A DNA stretch of 64,000 nucleotides from Candidatus Bathyarchaeota archaeon (GCA_963807605.1 CAWECG010000003.1:448377-512376); one strand, 5' to 3'; positions 9,121-18,838 are shown, numbered from the stretch's first letter. Translations and numbers: made by a program. Notes: generated from the sequence alone by a model not told the origin.

Positions 9121-9953
9121 ATGGTGTGTGCTCGCTCCGTGCAAACGTGGAGCGTCTTGACGTCAAAAGTTCTGCAGCGCTAGGCAGACGGGGATACCTT
9201 CTCTTTCTCTACAGGGGCGAGACGGTCTCTTCCCTTTCAAAGGAGGCGGTATCTCTCTCTAATAGTTCCAAGACACACACTAGCGCCCCAATATAAGATT
9301 GATACGGGTTCGTAAGGATAGTACCTTACTAAGCTACGGGCCCGCGCAGTAGCACCTACTCTCCTTTGCATTAAAAAAACCTTTCAGCAAAGCTGCTTAG
9401 AGGAAACAGAGCCTCGCCGTTGTGTACCCAATAATCGGCTATTTCATCTAGTCGGGCTATCCGCAAAAGCGACGAACGAGAAAGGCTTTAAAGTTACTCT
9501 GAAACCTATAGACAAGCTTGGCTGGACTAATAGGCCGTGCCCAACCGTCATGGGTGCATAGAGGTAGTATAGTCTGGCCTAGTAAGCCTAGAAAGGCCTA
9601 GAGTGTACGGCTGTCACCCGTACGACTTCCGATAGGAGGACGTGACGCGGGTCCAAATCCCGCCCTAAGGGGAGCGCTCAAAGCTCTCTCCTGGCGATGG
9701 GCGCCAACCTCATTGCCCGCGTTCACCACTCCAGAGGCAGTCGCTGAGCAGACTATTCTTTTGTGACCGCATGTGGCGGAAAGAATTGGCATCAACAAGC
9801 CAGCAGGTCAGTCATAGAGCTAATTGGTGTTCAGGTCATTCAACCCGTTCTGTAATAAATATCTTCATGCAACAAGGTTGTATCCAAGTGGACAACTATT
9901 CTCTTCGGGAGAAGGAATGTTGGAGCCTTATTCCAGAATTGAGTATATACAGA

Positions 9954-11070
9954 GCGCGCGGGGTTGTCCCGTTATTAGCGTTTTCATGTTAGGTTTGTCC
10001 AGTAGGTTATGCTTCTGGTTTTGGTGGGTTGTTTGGTGTTGTGTGAGGCTTCTATGGTGTAGAGGAGGCATAGTATGCAGTAGCTGATGTGGATGGTGAT
10101 GTTTTCTAGTCCTCGTGTCTTGTGGTTGTTGAGGTTGAGGTGTTCTTTGAGTGATGCGAAGACCAACTCGATGATGGAGCGTTTATTGTAGATGTGTTTG
10201 AGGTTTTCTGGGCCGTGTGTTTTGAAGTCGCTGGTTACTCTGAGGATGTTTTGTCTTTCAGGTTTCTGGTTGGCTGGGTAGGGTATCGCGGTCTTGATTC
10301 TGTGTTTTTTAGCGGTCTCTCTGAGTCTGTTGCTGGAGTATTGACTGTCAGCGGTTAGCTGTCGGATTCTGGTTGCTGTGGTTTTAACTGTCATTTTGAG
10401 GAGTGGTATGCTCGGTTTCTTCTCGTTAGTGTTTGCTGGTGTCACTAGGAATGTTAGGGGTGTGGCTGTGTCTGTATCGACTGTTAGGTGTAGTTTGTAG
10501 CCTAACCCGTATGTGCGGTAGGCTCTTCCTACACGTGCTTGAGGGTCACTGAAGCCTGTTCTATTGTTTATGTTTCGTCTGCTGTAGGCTTTGATGAAGG
10601 TGGCGTCCATAGCAACTATTCTTGGTGTTACATAGCGCTTCTTCAGTAATTTCTTGACCTGTTTGTTTACTATGCGTCTTAGTCTTCTTGTTCCTAGTCG
10701 CTGGTTGAATCTTGAGAGTACCGTCCTACCGTAGGCTGGCTCCTCATATCTTATGTCGCATATGTCACGTAGCCGCTCATCGATCCATAAGCGACGTTCA
10801 AGCTCACGCAGACTGTTTATTCTGAGGTAGCGTCTGGCAAGGTGTGCCTTGAAGAGTCCTAGAGGGTTACGTGGAGGTTTACCTGGACCTTCTTGATGAT
10901 AGCAACTAACAACTAGACGTTCAACAAATGATAAATCCAGATTACTCAGCAGTGACTCCAGAGTCTCGTACCCTTCTATCTGGAATCTCCTCCAAGTAGA
11001 AGGGTGCGGGGCTCAACCCTTATGGATCTTTCCGTGTCAACTCAAAGAATATCGGGACAACCCTGCGCGC
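9954..11070 (-). mobile_element. insertion sequence (~1.1 kb) with 23-bp terminal inverted repeats; IS4/IS5-superfamily DDE transposase
   Basis: Left end 9954-9976 'gcgcgcggggttgtcccgttatt'. The reverse complement of 11048-11070 is 'gcgcgcagggttgtcccgatatt' (21/23 identical). The single internal ORF is a DDE transposase. Flanks are ..caga| and |taga.., suggesting a short AGA-type target duplication. Confidence 0.65.
9984..10988 (-). CDS. IS4/IS5-family DDE transposase (no canonical start codon upstream of Met-126; possibly inactive)
   Basis: The ATG-initiated part (9984..10610) begins MDATFIKAYSRR.., typical of DDE_Tnp_1. The same frame stays open upstream to a TGA at ~10989 and encodes the usual N-terminal region (..GKPPRNPLGLFKAHLARRYL..), but with no ATG/GTG/TTG. 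Confidence 0.6.
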   Translation of the reverse strand, partial: RFQIEGYETLESLLSNLDLSFVERLVVSCYHQEGPGKPPRNPLGLFKAHLARRYLRINSLRELERRLWIDERLRDICDIRYEEPAYGRTVLSRFNQRLGTRRLRRIVNKQVKKLLKKRYVTPRIVAMDATFIKAYSRRNINNRTGFSDPQARVGRAYRTYGLGYKLHLTVDTDTATPLTFLVTPANTNEKKPSIPLLKMTVKTTATRIRQLTADSQYSSNRLRETAKKHRIKTAIPYPANQKPERQNILRVTSDFKTHGPENLKHIYNKRSIIELVFASLKEHLNLNNHKTRGLENITIHISYCILCLLYTIEASHNTKQPTKTRSITYWTNLT

Positions 11071-11326
11071 TAGAAGCCGAGACGATATCTGCATTAATCA
11101 TGGATGAGATGCCGATAGGAGTAGTGAACGATAAACCCGCTGGCGTAAGATTGATACCTGTCCCTAATAGAGAGTTGGCGACACTGTCAAGTTTGGGGGG
11201 TTGTTAGGAGAAACGATCATAATGCCTATCAGCACTTTCAGTTCAGCTAGATTCGTAAGGCGAGGAGGGCAGATTCCAGCCCCTATACTCAGCCTGACAG
11301 GATAACGAGATTGGAGTGAGTTTAAG

Positions 11327-12652
11327 ATGAGAGAATTTGATCTCTTGATTGTTGGCGCGGGAACCGGCGGATGTATAGCCGCCTCCACAGCAGTAAAGAA
11401 AGGTTTGGCTGTGTGTTTGATTGATTGCAAGTCTCAAGACAAGATCGGGGAGAAAGTCTGCGGCGATGCCATAGCGGGACACCATTTTGAAAGACTGGAA
11501 ATCAACCCACCAACGGGCGAAGACTATGACTCCACGATAGAAGGTGTAAGGCTCTACTCCCCTGACCTGTCGAGTACCTTTACCATAGGAGGCCCCGGAG
11601 TCAAAGGTTTCATAGTCAACAGACTCAGCTTCGGTCAAAGACTTCTCAAAGAGACACTTGACGGCGGGGTGGCATTTTATGATTCGATGCTGGTCACTGA
11701 GCCCTCCGTCGAGGGCGGATATGTAAACGGCGTAGTAGCTCGGAATACTAAAGACGGGAATAAACAGAGTCTCAGAGCTAAAGTCACCATCGACGCCAGC
11801 GGCGTTGGAGCAGCAATAAGACGTGGACTTTCCGAAGATTTCGGCATCGAGAAAGAGATTTCGAAGAGAGATATCATGGCGTGCTACAGAGAGATCAGAG
11901 GTGACGTTCGAATGGAGGAAGGATATTGCGACATATACTTCAATCAAGCCGCCGCGCCAGGGGGATACTTCTGGATCTTTCCAAGAAGTGGAGGAAAGGT
12001 GAATGTTGGCGTCGGCCTCCAAGGGATGCAGACGAGTTTACACCCGAAGACTCAACTCTACGACCATGTCTTGACCAAGGGGATGTTCAAAGGATCAACG
12101 GTTCTCGAAGCGGGAGGAGGATATGTGCCGACCCGCCGACCCCTAGACCTCCTCGTCGGAAATGGTGTGATGTTTGTTGGCGATGCCGCCTGCCTTGTCA
12201 ATCCAATACACGGTGGCGGAATTGGCCCCTCGATGATCAGTGGAAGAATTGCTGCAGAGGTAGCAACAGAGGCAATAGAGGATGGTGATACAAGCAGCAA
12301 GGGCCTGTGGAGATATAACACAGATTACATGAAGACATACGGAGCAAAGCAAGCCGGTCTAAATGTTTTCAGAGTATTCCTCCAGGAGATAAGTGATGAA
12401 GAATTGAACTACGGTATGAAGCAGCAACTGGTCAAGCCAAACGATATTCTCAGAGCAAGTCTGGACGGTGATCTGAAACTGAGCATAACTGATAAGGCAG
12501 AGAGAGCCTTTAGAAGTATAAGGAGACCGGACTTCCTAATCAGGATCAGAGATGTCGCAAGAAGGATGCGTATAGTGAAGGATCATTTTCTTAACTATCC
12601 AACTCCTGAAGATTTCTCCGCGTGGAGAGCGAAGGCCAAGACTCTTCATTAA
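11327..12652 (+). CDS. geranylgeranyl reductase family flavoprotein (digeranylgeranylglycerophospholipid reductase-like)
   Basis: 441 aa. It has an N-terminal FAD-binding fingerprint FDLLIVGAGTGGCIAAS, the conserved CGD (KVCGDAI), and a later GDAA motif (FVGDAACLVNPIHGGGI), the GGR-family layout. Confidence 0.8.
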   Translation: MREFDLLIVGAGTGGCIAASTAVKKGLAVCLIDCKSQDKIGEKVCGDAIAGHHFERLEINPPTGEDYDSTIEGVRLYSPDLSSTFTIGGPGVKGFIVNRLSFGQRLLKETLDGGVAFYDSMLVTEPSVEGGYVNGVVARNTKDGNKQSLRAKVTIDASGVGAAIRRGLSEDFGIEKEISKRDIMACYREIRGDVRMEEGYCDIYFNQAAAPGGYFWIFPRSGGKVNVGVGLQGMQTSLHPKTQLYDHVLTKGMFKGSTVLEAGGGYVPTRRPLDLLVGNGVMFVGDAACLVNPIHGGGIGPSMISGRIAAEVATEAIEDGDTSSKGLWRYNTDYMKTYGAKQAGLNVFRVFLQEISDEELNYGMKQQLVKPNDILRASLDGDLKLSITDKAERAFRSIRRPDFLIRIRDVARRMRIVKDHFLNYPTPEDFSAWRAKAKTLH

Positions 12653-12722
12653 ACTGAAGCGACTAGAAGAAGAACTAAATACTCAATGCAATCGAATAAC
12701 ACAGCGTTTTATCTGTGGGACT

Positions 12723-14003
12723 TTGATGAATTCACAACCCAAGACTCAGAGAGATCCTCCGGAAGAGAACGGTTCCAAGATATCGAGCGTCGATGGAGTA
12801 TTGACCGTTCCAGACAAGCCTACCGTCCCGTATATTGAAGGAGATGGAATAGGCCCTGACGTTATCGGAGCTGCCAGAAGAGTCTTGGATGCGGCTGTAG
12901 AAAAGGCGTACGGTTCTCGAAGAAAAATAGCTTGGCTTGAAGTACTAGCCGGCGAAAAGGCCAGACAGAAACATCGAGAGTCGCTACCCGAGGAGACTCT
13001 GAAAACGATTGAGGAATACGTGGTTGCTCTAAAGGGGCCTCTTGAGACCCCTATCGCCGGAGGTCACAGAAGCCTAAACGTTGCTCTAAGGCAGAGGCTG
13101 GACCTTTACTCATGTGTCAGACCTGTAAAGTACATTCTAACAGCACCAAGCAGAATGAAACGTCCCGAAGAGCTCGACATTGTAATCTTCAGGGAGAATA
13201 CAGAAGACGTCTACTCGGGTATTGAGTTCAAAGAAGGTTCTGAAGAGGCTAAGAGACTCATAATTTTTCTGAAAGAAGAATTGAAAAGTGAAATCAGGCC
13301 GGACTCTGCAGTGGGTATAAAGCCGATAAGCGAGTACGCGACCAAGAGGATAGTCAGAGCGGCCATAAATTATGCTATAAAGAATAACCGAAAGAGCGTC
13401 ACGATAGTCCACAAAGGAAACATAATGAAGTACACAGAAGGGGGCTTCATGCGCTGGGCCTACGAGGTTGCCAACAAGGAGTTTAAGGACAAGACCGTTA
13501 CCGAGGCGGAACTGACAAAAGCGGATGGCCCACACAAGGGTGTGATGCCTCCCGGAAAGATACTGGTGAAGGACAGACTCGCCGACAACATGTTCCAGCA
13601 GCTGATACTGAGAACAAGCGAATACGATGTTCTTGTTCTTCCAAACCTAAACGGCGACTATATCTCGGACATGGCTGCTGCTATGGCTGGAGGCCTTGGG
13701 CTTGCCCCAGGCGCAAACATAAACTACGAGACTGGTGTTGGCCTTTTTGAGCCTACGCACGGCACAGCCCCTACTTACGCAAATCAAGATAAGGTAAACC
13801 CGACCTCAGCGATTTTTTCTGGGGTGTTGTTGCTCAGACACTTGGGTTGGAAGGAAGCAGCAGACACAATAGAGAAGGCCGTAGCACGAACGGTAAGCCA
13901 GAGAAGAGTAACATATGATCTCGCGAGACAACTTGAAGGAGTCCAGCCGATAGGAACCTCGAAGTTTGCAGATGCGGTAATCGAGAATATGCAAGTGATC
14001 TAG
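12723..14003 (+). CDS. icd: NADP-dependent isocitrate dehydrogenase
   Basis: 426 aa with near-collinear prokaryotic IDH motifs: PYIEGDGIGPDV, GGHRSLNVALRQRLDLYSCVRPVKY, and NLNGDYISD. Confidence 0.9.
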   Translation: MMNSQPKTQRDPPEENGSKISSVDGVLTVPDKPTVPYIEGDGIGPDVIGAARRVLDAAVEKAYGSRRKIAWLEVLAGEKARQKHRESLPEETLKTIEEYVVALKGPLETPIAGGHRSLNVALRQRLDLYSCVRPVKYILTAPSRMKRPEELDIVIFRENTEDVYSGIEFKEGSEEAKRLIIFLKEELKSEIRPDSAVGIKPISEYATKRIVRAAINYAIKNNRKSVTIVHKGNIMKYTEGGFMRWAYEVANKEFKDKTVTEAELTKADGPHKGVMPPGKILVKDRLADNMFQQLILRTSEYDVLVLPNLNGDYISDMAAAMAGGLGLAPGANINYETGVGLFEPTHGTAPTYANQDKVNPTSAIFSGVLLLRHLGWKEAADTIEKAVARTVSQRRVTYDLARQLEGVQPIGTSKFADAVIENMQVI

Positions 14004-14136
14004 TGACTCATAGTCACCAAGTTATGTTCTGCCAGTAAACTCGAATGAAAGCAGTATCGTGAGGTTTCGTGAGGCTCCTTTCATATTCGTGTCAGACGTT
14101 GACATCGTATCTGCTCTATCTTGGTAGGATTCAACT

Positions 14137-14556
14137 ATGGCAGTAGTAACAGGGCATATCCCTGTCAAGAGCAGAGGAGAGACTGACATTATAGACTTAA
14201 CCGACGATGTGGAAAAGGCTGTAAAAGAATCCGGATTAACAAGTGGTATAGCAACGATATTTGTTCCAGGCGCTACAGGTGCACTCACAACTATAGAGTA
14301 TGAGCCAGGATTGCTGCATGACCTGCCGGCGGCCCTCGAGAGAATCGTCCCGAGAAGCATAAGTTATGAACATGAGAGGAGGTGGCACGACGGAAATGGC
14401 CACTCCCATGTGAGGGCCTCCCTCCTAGGTCCGAGTCTTACGGTACCTTTCCATGATGGACAGCTCATTCTAGGAACATGGCAACAAATAATCTTCATAG
14501 AACTCGACACTCATGCGAGAACAAGGGATCTTGTAGTCCAAATACTCGGTGAGTAA
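14137..14556 (+). CDS. YjbQ/UPF0047 family protein (secondary thiamine-phosphate synthase-like)
   Basis: 139 aa. Family-typical segments ITDDVEKAV, FVPGATGALT..EYEPGL, GNGHSHVRASLLGPSL and LILGTWQQIIFIELD. Confidence 0.75.
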   Translation: MAVVTGHIPVKSRGETDIIDLTDDVEKAVKESGLTSGIATIFVPGATGALTTIEYEPGLLHDLPAALERIVPRSISYEHERRWHDGNGHSHVRASLLGPSLTVPFHDGQLILGTWQQIIFIELDTHARTRDLVVQILGE

Positions 14557-14682
14557 TGGGCTGCTCTATCAAGCAATTCTGTTATAATCTCGTTCGGCCC
14601 CACGAGTTCTGGAAATACTGGACAATGCTCTGCAAATTTTGAAACTAATTTTATGTTTCTGGAAGAAAATGGGGGAGGCAAA

Positions 14683-15501
14683 CTACTGAGGTTTGCCGCA
14701 GACAGGACAGTAAGTCGCTCCAGCAGGAATTTGCGCTCCGCATGCCATGCAGAATTTCTTTTCCGAAGGTTGTATTATTGCTGGGCTCGCGGTTTCTGCA
14801 TCCGTGTACATCAGTGCACCTGATCTTGAGGCGAAGACGCCGAATATGGGCCATATGATGATTGATATGAGCCAGCCGATGGCTGGTATAGATCCAACTG
14901 CACTCACGATGATTGCAAAGACGAAGACCACGATCAGCCATGCGATGTATCTGCCCCATCCTATTCTTCCTATGATGCGGACGATCTCGCCTACAGCGAA
15001 GGCTTTGCCGAAGCTCCCCGTCTTGACCATGTGAACGATGGCCATTGCCATTATGATGGCTATCACGAAAGCAAGGATGATGCCTGCTGCAAACAGTATG
15101 ACGCCAAAACCAAGCGGGATCAACCAGAAGCTCGGTCCGTAGGGGACGACCATGTATGGCGCAAAGAGCGTCAATGCCCCGAATGCAATTAGTATCAACG
15201 GAATTATCATGTATATTACAGCTACCACGGCTATCTTCAGTCCATCAATCCAGAGTTCTACGTATTTCTCAAGTCTTGGCGGCGAGTCTGAGCTGGGTGT
15301 TTCTCTGATCGTCTTTGCATAATACCCCGTAACGATTAGGTTTACTATCGGTATTATGTTTAGGATGATGAGAATAACGAGTCTGCCAAGGTCAGTGAAG
15401 AGCTTCCTTGCATAGTCTACAGAGAGGTTAATGTTCTGTCCTAAATCCAAGAAAGCCACCAATCTAGGTATTCGTCTAGGAAGCGTTATAACGCTTCCCA
15501 T
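14683..15501 (-). CDS. polytopic membrane protein with C-terminal zinc ribbon (DUF4013-like)
   Basis: 272 aa with about 6 hydrophobic helices and a C-terminal CMACGAQIPAGATYCPVCGKPQ (C-x2-C-x10-C-x2-C). Last gene of a four-gene minus-strand cluster. Confidence 0.5.
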   Translation of the reverse strand: MGSVITLPRRIPRLVAFLDLGQNINLSVDYARKLFTDLGRLVILIILNIIPIVNLIVTGYYAKTIRETPSSDSPPRLEKYVELWIDGLKIAVVAVIYMIIPLILIAFGALTLFAPYMVVPYGPSFWLIPLGFGVILFAAGIILAFVIAIIMAMAIVHMVKTGSFGKAFAVGEIVRIIGRIGWGRYIAWLIVVFVFAIIVSAVGSIPAIGWLISIIIWPIFGVFASRSGALMYTDAETASPAIIQPSEKKFCMACGAQIPAGATYCPVCGKPQ

Positions 15502-15528
15502 GAGAATCGTTAACAGTCGAACGATCTT

Positions 15529-15852
15529 TTAGACCTTGACGCTGGGTCGCCTACGGCCCAACGCGTAGGTTATCAGCCCAACAATAAAAATAATGATCCC
15601 TGCTATTCCCCAGCCCATCCATGAAGAGTGCAAGTATTCATTCAGGTATAATGCCGCGGTTGCAAAGAGGAATATTATGCCTATGACGACGATGAAGATG
15701 CCCACGGCCATGAGCATGATTCGCTTGGCGATGTTCTGGATGAAGCCTATCAAGTAGTCTTTCAGTCTCTTGTCAACGTTTGATAAGATTTTACTCGCAA
15801 CAGCCGAGGAGAATATCTCGATTATATTCTCGAGGAGCCCTTCTTTGGGCAT
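15529..15852 (-). CDS. small membrane protein (2 TM)
   Basis: 107 aa with two long hydrophobic segments; separated by 3 nt from the next gene. Confidence 0.4.
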   Translation of the reverse strand: MPKEGLLENIIEIFSSAVASKILSNVDKRLKDYLIGFIQNIAKRIMLMAVGIFIVVIGIIFLFATAALYLNEYLHSSWMGWGIAGIIIFIVGLITYALGRRRPSVKV

Positions 15853-15854
15853 AT

Positions 15855-16049
15855 TCAGCTGCGCCTAGCTATTGAGCTGCCGATCAGGATGCCGACAACT
15901 ATTCCAGCGATGAATACGACACCGGCCGACTCCACGGGTCTCTTCTTAATCATCCCTTCAAGTTCTACCCTACTTCTCTCCGCGTACTCTTTAAGATCAC
16001 CAAGTCTCTTCTGGAGTTCCTCAAGGGTCAATTTTGACTTTTCAGCCAT
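15855..16049 (-). CDS. small tail-anchored protein (coiled-coil N-terminus plus C-terminal TM; YqjD/ElaB-like architecture)
   Basis: 64 aa: a charged helical N-half (LEELQKRLGDLKEYAERSRVELE) then VVFIAGIVVGILIGSSIARR. Confidence 0.4.
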   Translation of the reverse strand: MAEKSKLTLEELQKRLGDLKEYAERSRVELEGMIKKRPVESAGVVFIAGIVVGILIGSSIARRS

Positions 16050-16128
16050 CTTCTTTGACCTCCAATAATAGGTTTGATGTTGCCTATTGTATAAATGTGT
16101 TGCATGAAGGGTTAGGGCTGTGTTCTTT

Positions 16129-16332
16129 TTATTTGTCTGATCGGGGGTTCAACGCAATTCCAAGGGCAAACCCCAAGACGAAAGCCAAGGACAACGAGAG
16201 GAAGGGGTAGGTTTCGAATTTTCTTTCAACGTAGTCTATCTTTTCACGAATAATATCGCGTTGAAGTTCAAGAAGGTCCTCAATCTGTTCCTCAGAAAAG
16301 CTCTTGGAGGTTGTTCTTCGGGCTTTAGACAT
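16129..16332 (-). CDS. small tail-anchored protein, paralog of 15855..16049
   Basis: 67 aa with the same layout: charged helical N-half (EEQIEDLLELQRDIIREKIDYVERK) then FLSLSLAFVLGFALGIAL. Confidence 0.4.
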   Translation of the reverse strand: MSKARRTTSKSFSEEQIEDLLELQRDIIREKIDYVERKFETYPFLSLSLAFVLGFALGIALNPRSDK

Positions 16333-16403
16333 CTTCGACCACCTTGAAAGTTACTATATGAACTTTAGTCGTCCACTTAAAGGCTTTCAGCCGTTTGGCC
16401 TTC

Positions 16404-17175
16404 CTACGTCTTAGATCTTGCCTTCGGAATGTAAGAATAAAGCTTGGTTGCCGCAAGATGCGGCCCGATCTCAGAGATCACACCCGGCGCTTGTGTTCCC
16501 AGTTTGCATATGAGAATGGTGGATGCGAGGCTGAGTCGCTCAACTCTTACAATATCTTTTGCCAAGCCTGTTCTCTCAATAGCTCTATGAACCGAGTTGA
16601 TGGTTGAACCCAGAACTACTACCCTATCAAATGGGTATCGCTCCCAATCCTTGAAGTATGATTCCTGCCTATCTGTAAGTGCCAATGTCACTTTTCCAGC
16701 ATTCTCAAACCCTTCGATTCCTCACTTTGAGAGGTAAGCCGTCATGGAGGCAGAATCTTCTTGCTATCTGCCTAAGTGATTGAACCCAACCATCTGCAAG
16801 TTGGGCTCTCATCCGATAAAGCGGGTAGAGGCCATCAACTCTCTGTGGGGAAAGGATGCCCAGATCCAAGTACAGGCCATAGCCGACTTCTCCTGAATTC
16901 ACAATGAAGCCGCGATACGTATCGCCGAGTTCCAATTTTGAGAACTGAACGGGTGCTAATCCATAGTGATTTTTTAGAATCTCAGTGAAGACTTCGCTGT
17001 CTTCACCATTATAATCTATTGAAATCCAGCCTCCGGCTCCGGCCTCCATCTTTCCTATCCGGATCTGTAAGCCTGAGGAGATCTCTTCTAGATCTGACTC
17101 TAACTCTTGAAGTCCCTCGCGACTAGGGGTAGGGTCTAACTTCTCAGAAAGAACTGTCTTCATCAACTCAGCCAT
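16404..17175 (-). CDS. hypothetical protein, possibly one gene split by a frameshift (ORFs 16705..17175 and 16404..16691)
   Basis: Two same-strand ORFs are separated by 13 nt in different frames. Neither half matches a known family. The split is inferred by analogy with the confirmed frameshifts elsewhere in this window. Confidence 0.3.
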
Positions 17176-17728
17176 TAATCGTATGTCTTATCTCTTCGTC
17201 GAGTCTTTTGAGCCTCTCTATGGAGGGGTGATCTCGACCGAGTTTATCTGCAAAATGTTTAATCACAAAGTCAATATCGGTGACTTTGCTTCCGCTAACA
17301 AGCTTGTCAGCGTAGCAGACGATTTTCTCCTCAAGCGTCTCAGGCAGGTAATCCTTTGGAGGCAGACCCAAGGCCATCGCCTCTTCCTTAGGGATGCCTG
17401 CTCCGACATGCCTCTCGGCTATCCTCGCCAAGTCTTCGCCGAAGCCAGCTTCCCTGAGAATACCTGCCCCCTCCATCCCATGCTTCACGTCCGTCGTAAC
17501 TGAGCGACCTACGTCATGGAGGAGTGCTCCTGACCTAACTAGAGCCATGTCAACGCGAGTTCCTTTTCTTATGCAGGATTCGGCGAGCTCGACAGCCGTC
17601 GTTGCTACAGCGATGGAATGCTTGATGATCTTTGGATTGCAGGCTTTCTTCTTGAGAAAGCTTAGAGCCTCCTCAGTCGTCGGGCGCTTCAGCTTAGGGG
17701 GTGAGGACAACCTTAATCGGATCATCAC
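17168..17728 (-). CDS. HD-domain (HDIG) metal-dependent phosphohydrolase
   Basis: 186 aa with the H..HD motif (ALLHDVGR) plus downstream conserved His/Asp residues (ERHVGAGIP ... CYADKLV). Confidence 0.7.
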   Translation of the reverse strand: MMIRLRLSSPPKLKRPTTEEALSFLKKKACNPKIIKHSIAVATTAVELAESCIRKGTRVDMALVRSGALLHDVGRSVTTDVKHGMEGAGILREAGFGEDLARIAERHVGAGIPKEEAMALGLPPKDYLPETLEEKIVCYADKLVSGSKVTDIDFVIKHFADKLGRDHPSIERLKRLDEEIRHTING

Positions 17729-18788
17729 CTTCGACCTCGTTTGCAGCCAACTTCAAACCTTTCTCCGCTTCTTCCAGTGGGAGAACGTGGGTGGCCATCT
17801 TCTTTATTGGGTATTTCTGTTCCTCCAGTAGTCTTACAGCCGCCTCGACATTCCAAGCTTGGCCGAGTCCGCCAACTATCTTGAGCTCTTTCATGACTAT
17901 CTCATCGGTTGGTATTGGAACTGTCTTTCCACCTGTCAAGCCGGGGATAACAATGGTCCCTAATGCTTTGACGAGTCTCGGTGCTTCTGAGATGGCCTTG
18001 ACTGAGCCTGTGTTAAAAATTGTCACATCGCTCATCTCTCCGGACGTTATCTCTGCTACACGCTCTACCAGGTTGACCTCATCGACATTTACTGTGTAGT
18101 CAGCTCCAAACTCCCTTCCCAGCTGAAGTCTCTTCTTGTCAATAGATGTTCCCGCAAGAATGATCGTACCGGCACCAACATGGTCCGCAACCATGACTGT
18201 CGCCAAGCCTTGAGAGCCGGGTCCGACAACGACGACAGTGTCACCGGGCTGAACATTTCCTTTAGTGCAGATCCACCGCAAGCCATTGCCAACCACGGAA
18301 GCAAGGCATGCTTCCTCTTTTGGAACATTGGAAGATACCTTATGAACTCGGGAGTTCGGGGCGACGTACATGTATTGTCCATACGCCCCCCACAGGTGAG
18401 GAGGCTCTCTGCATGAGATGTTCACACCATAGCATCTATTATTGATGCAGATCGGGTAATTCCCAGTTAAGCAATATCTACATCTTCCGCAGGGGATGTA
18501 TGGCTCTACGATCAGTCGGTCGCCAACTTTCACCTTATAGTATTCTGAGGCTTTACGTCCAACTTGATGTGCTCTTCCGACCAATTCATGGCCCATGATT
18601 ATTGGGAAGGGAGTTGCTAGTATTCCCCCGAATTTCGTCCCGACGTATCTCTCAGCATCGGAGCCGCAGACGCTGACAGCCTCAATTTGCAGAAGCATAT
18701 CTTCTGGACCGATTGAAGGGATGTCGAAATTCTGAAGCTGAACTTTTCTTGGCGCCTCGAGTACTACAGACAATTCTCGGTTTGACAC
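17694..18788 (-). CDS. zinc-dependent alcohol/threonine dehydrogenase family (MDR) oxidoreductase
   Basis: 364 aa. Catalytic Zn ligands (CGSDAERY, GHELVG), a structural Zn Cys cluster (CGRCRYCLTGNYPIC) and a Rossmann GxGxxG (VVVGPGSQG). Confidence 0.8.
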   Translation of the reverse strand: MSNRELSVVLEAPRKVQLQNFDIPSIGPEDMLLQIEAVSVCGSDAERYVGTKFGGILATPFPIIMGHELVGRAHQVGRKASEYYKVKVGDRLIVEPYIPCGRCRYCLTGNYPICINNRCYGVNISCREPPHLWGAYGQYMYVAPNSRVHKVSSNVPKEEACLASVVGNGLRWICTKGNVQPGDTVVVVGPGSQGLATVMVADHVGAGTIILAGTSIDKKRLQLGREFGADYTVNVDEVNLVERVAEITSGEMSDVTIFNTGSVKAISEAPRLVKALGTIVIPGLTGGKTVPIPTDEIVMKELKIVGGLGQAWNVEAAVRLLEEQKYPIKKMATHVLPLEEAEKGLKLAANEVEGDDPIKVVLTP

Positions 18789-18838
18789 TAAAGATTCCCC
18801 TATTGTTTTGAGAGGTTAGAATGCCAAAACTGAGGATT

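Noticed and set aside
9540-9690. tRNA (possibly intron-containing) ending at the GCGGG-TCCAAAT-CCCGC hairpin
   Set aside because: No matching 5' acceptor strand for the 3' CCTAAGG. Candidate anticodon loops lack U33 and a purine at position 37. The T-loop reads TCCAAAT rather than TTCRAAT.
9063-10087. ORFs 9063-9296, 9598-9798, 9771-9992 and 9824-10087 as protein-coding genes
   Set aside because: They overlap the repeat copy, the GC-rich non-coding stretch or the IS inverted repeat. Their translations are low-complexity (for example CCVRLLWCRGG) with no motifs.
11243-12022. 259-aa ORF antisense to the geranylgeranyl reductase gene (and similar long antisense ORFs at 13137-13535, 52344-53027, 17701-18099, 14747-15034)
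   Set aside because: They lie fully inside strongly supported, motif-bearing genes on the opposite strand and have low-complexity or biased composition with no motifs. These are shadow ORFs.
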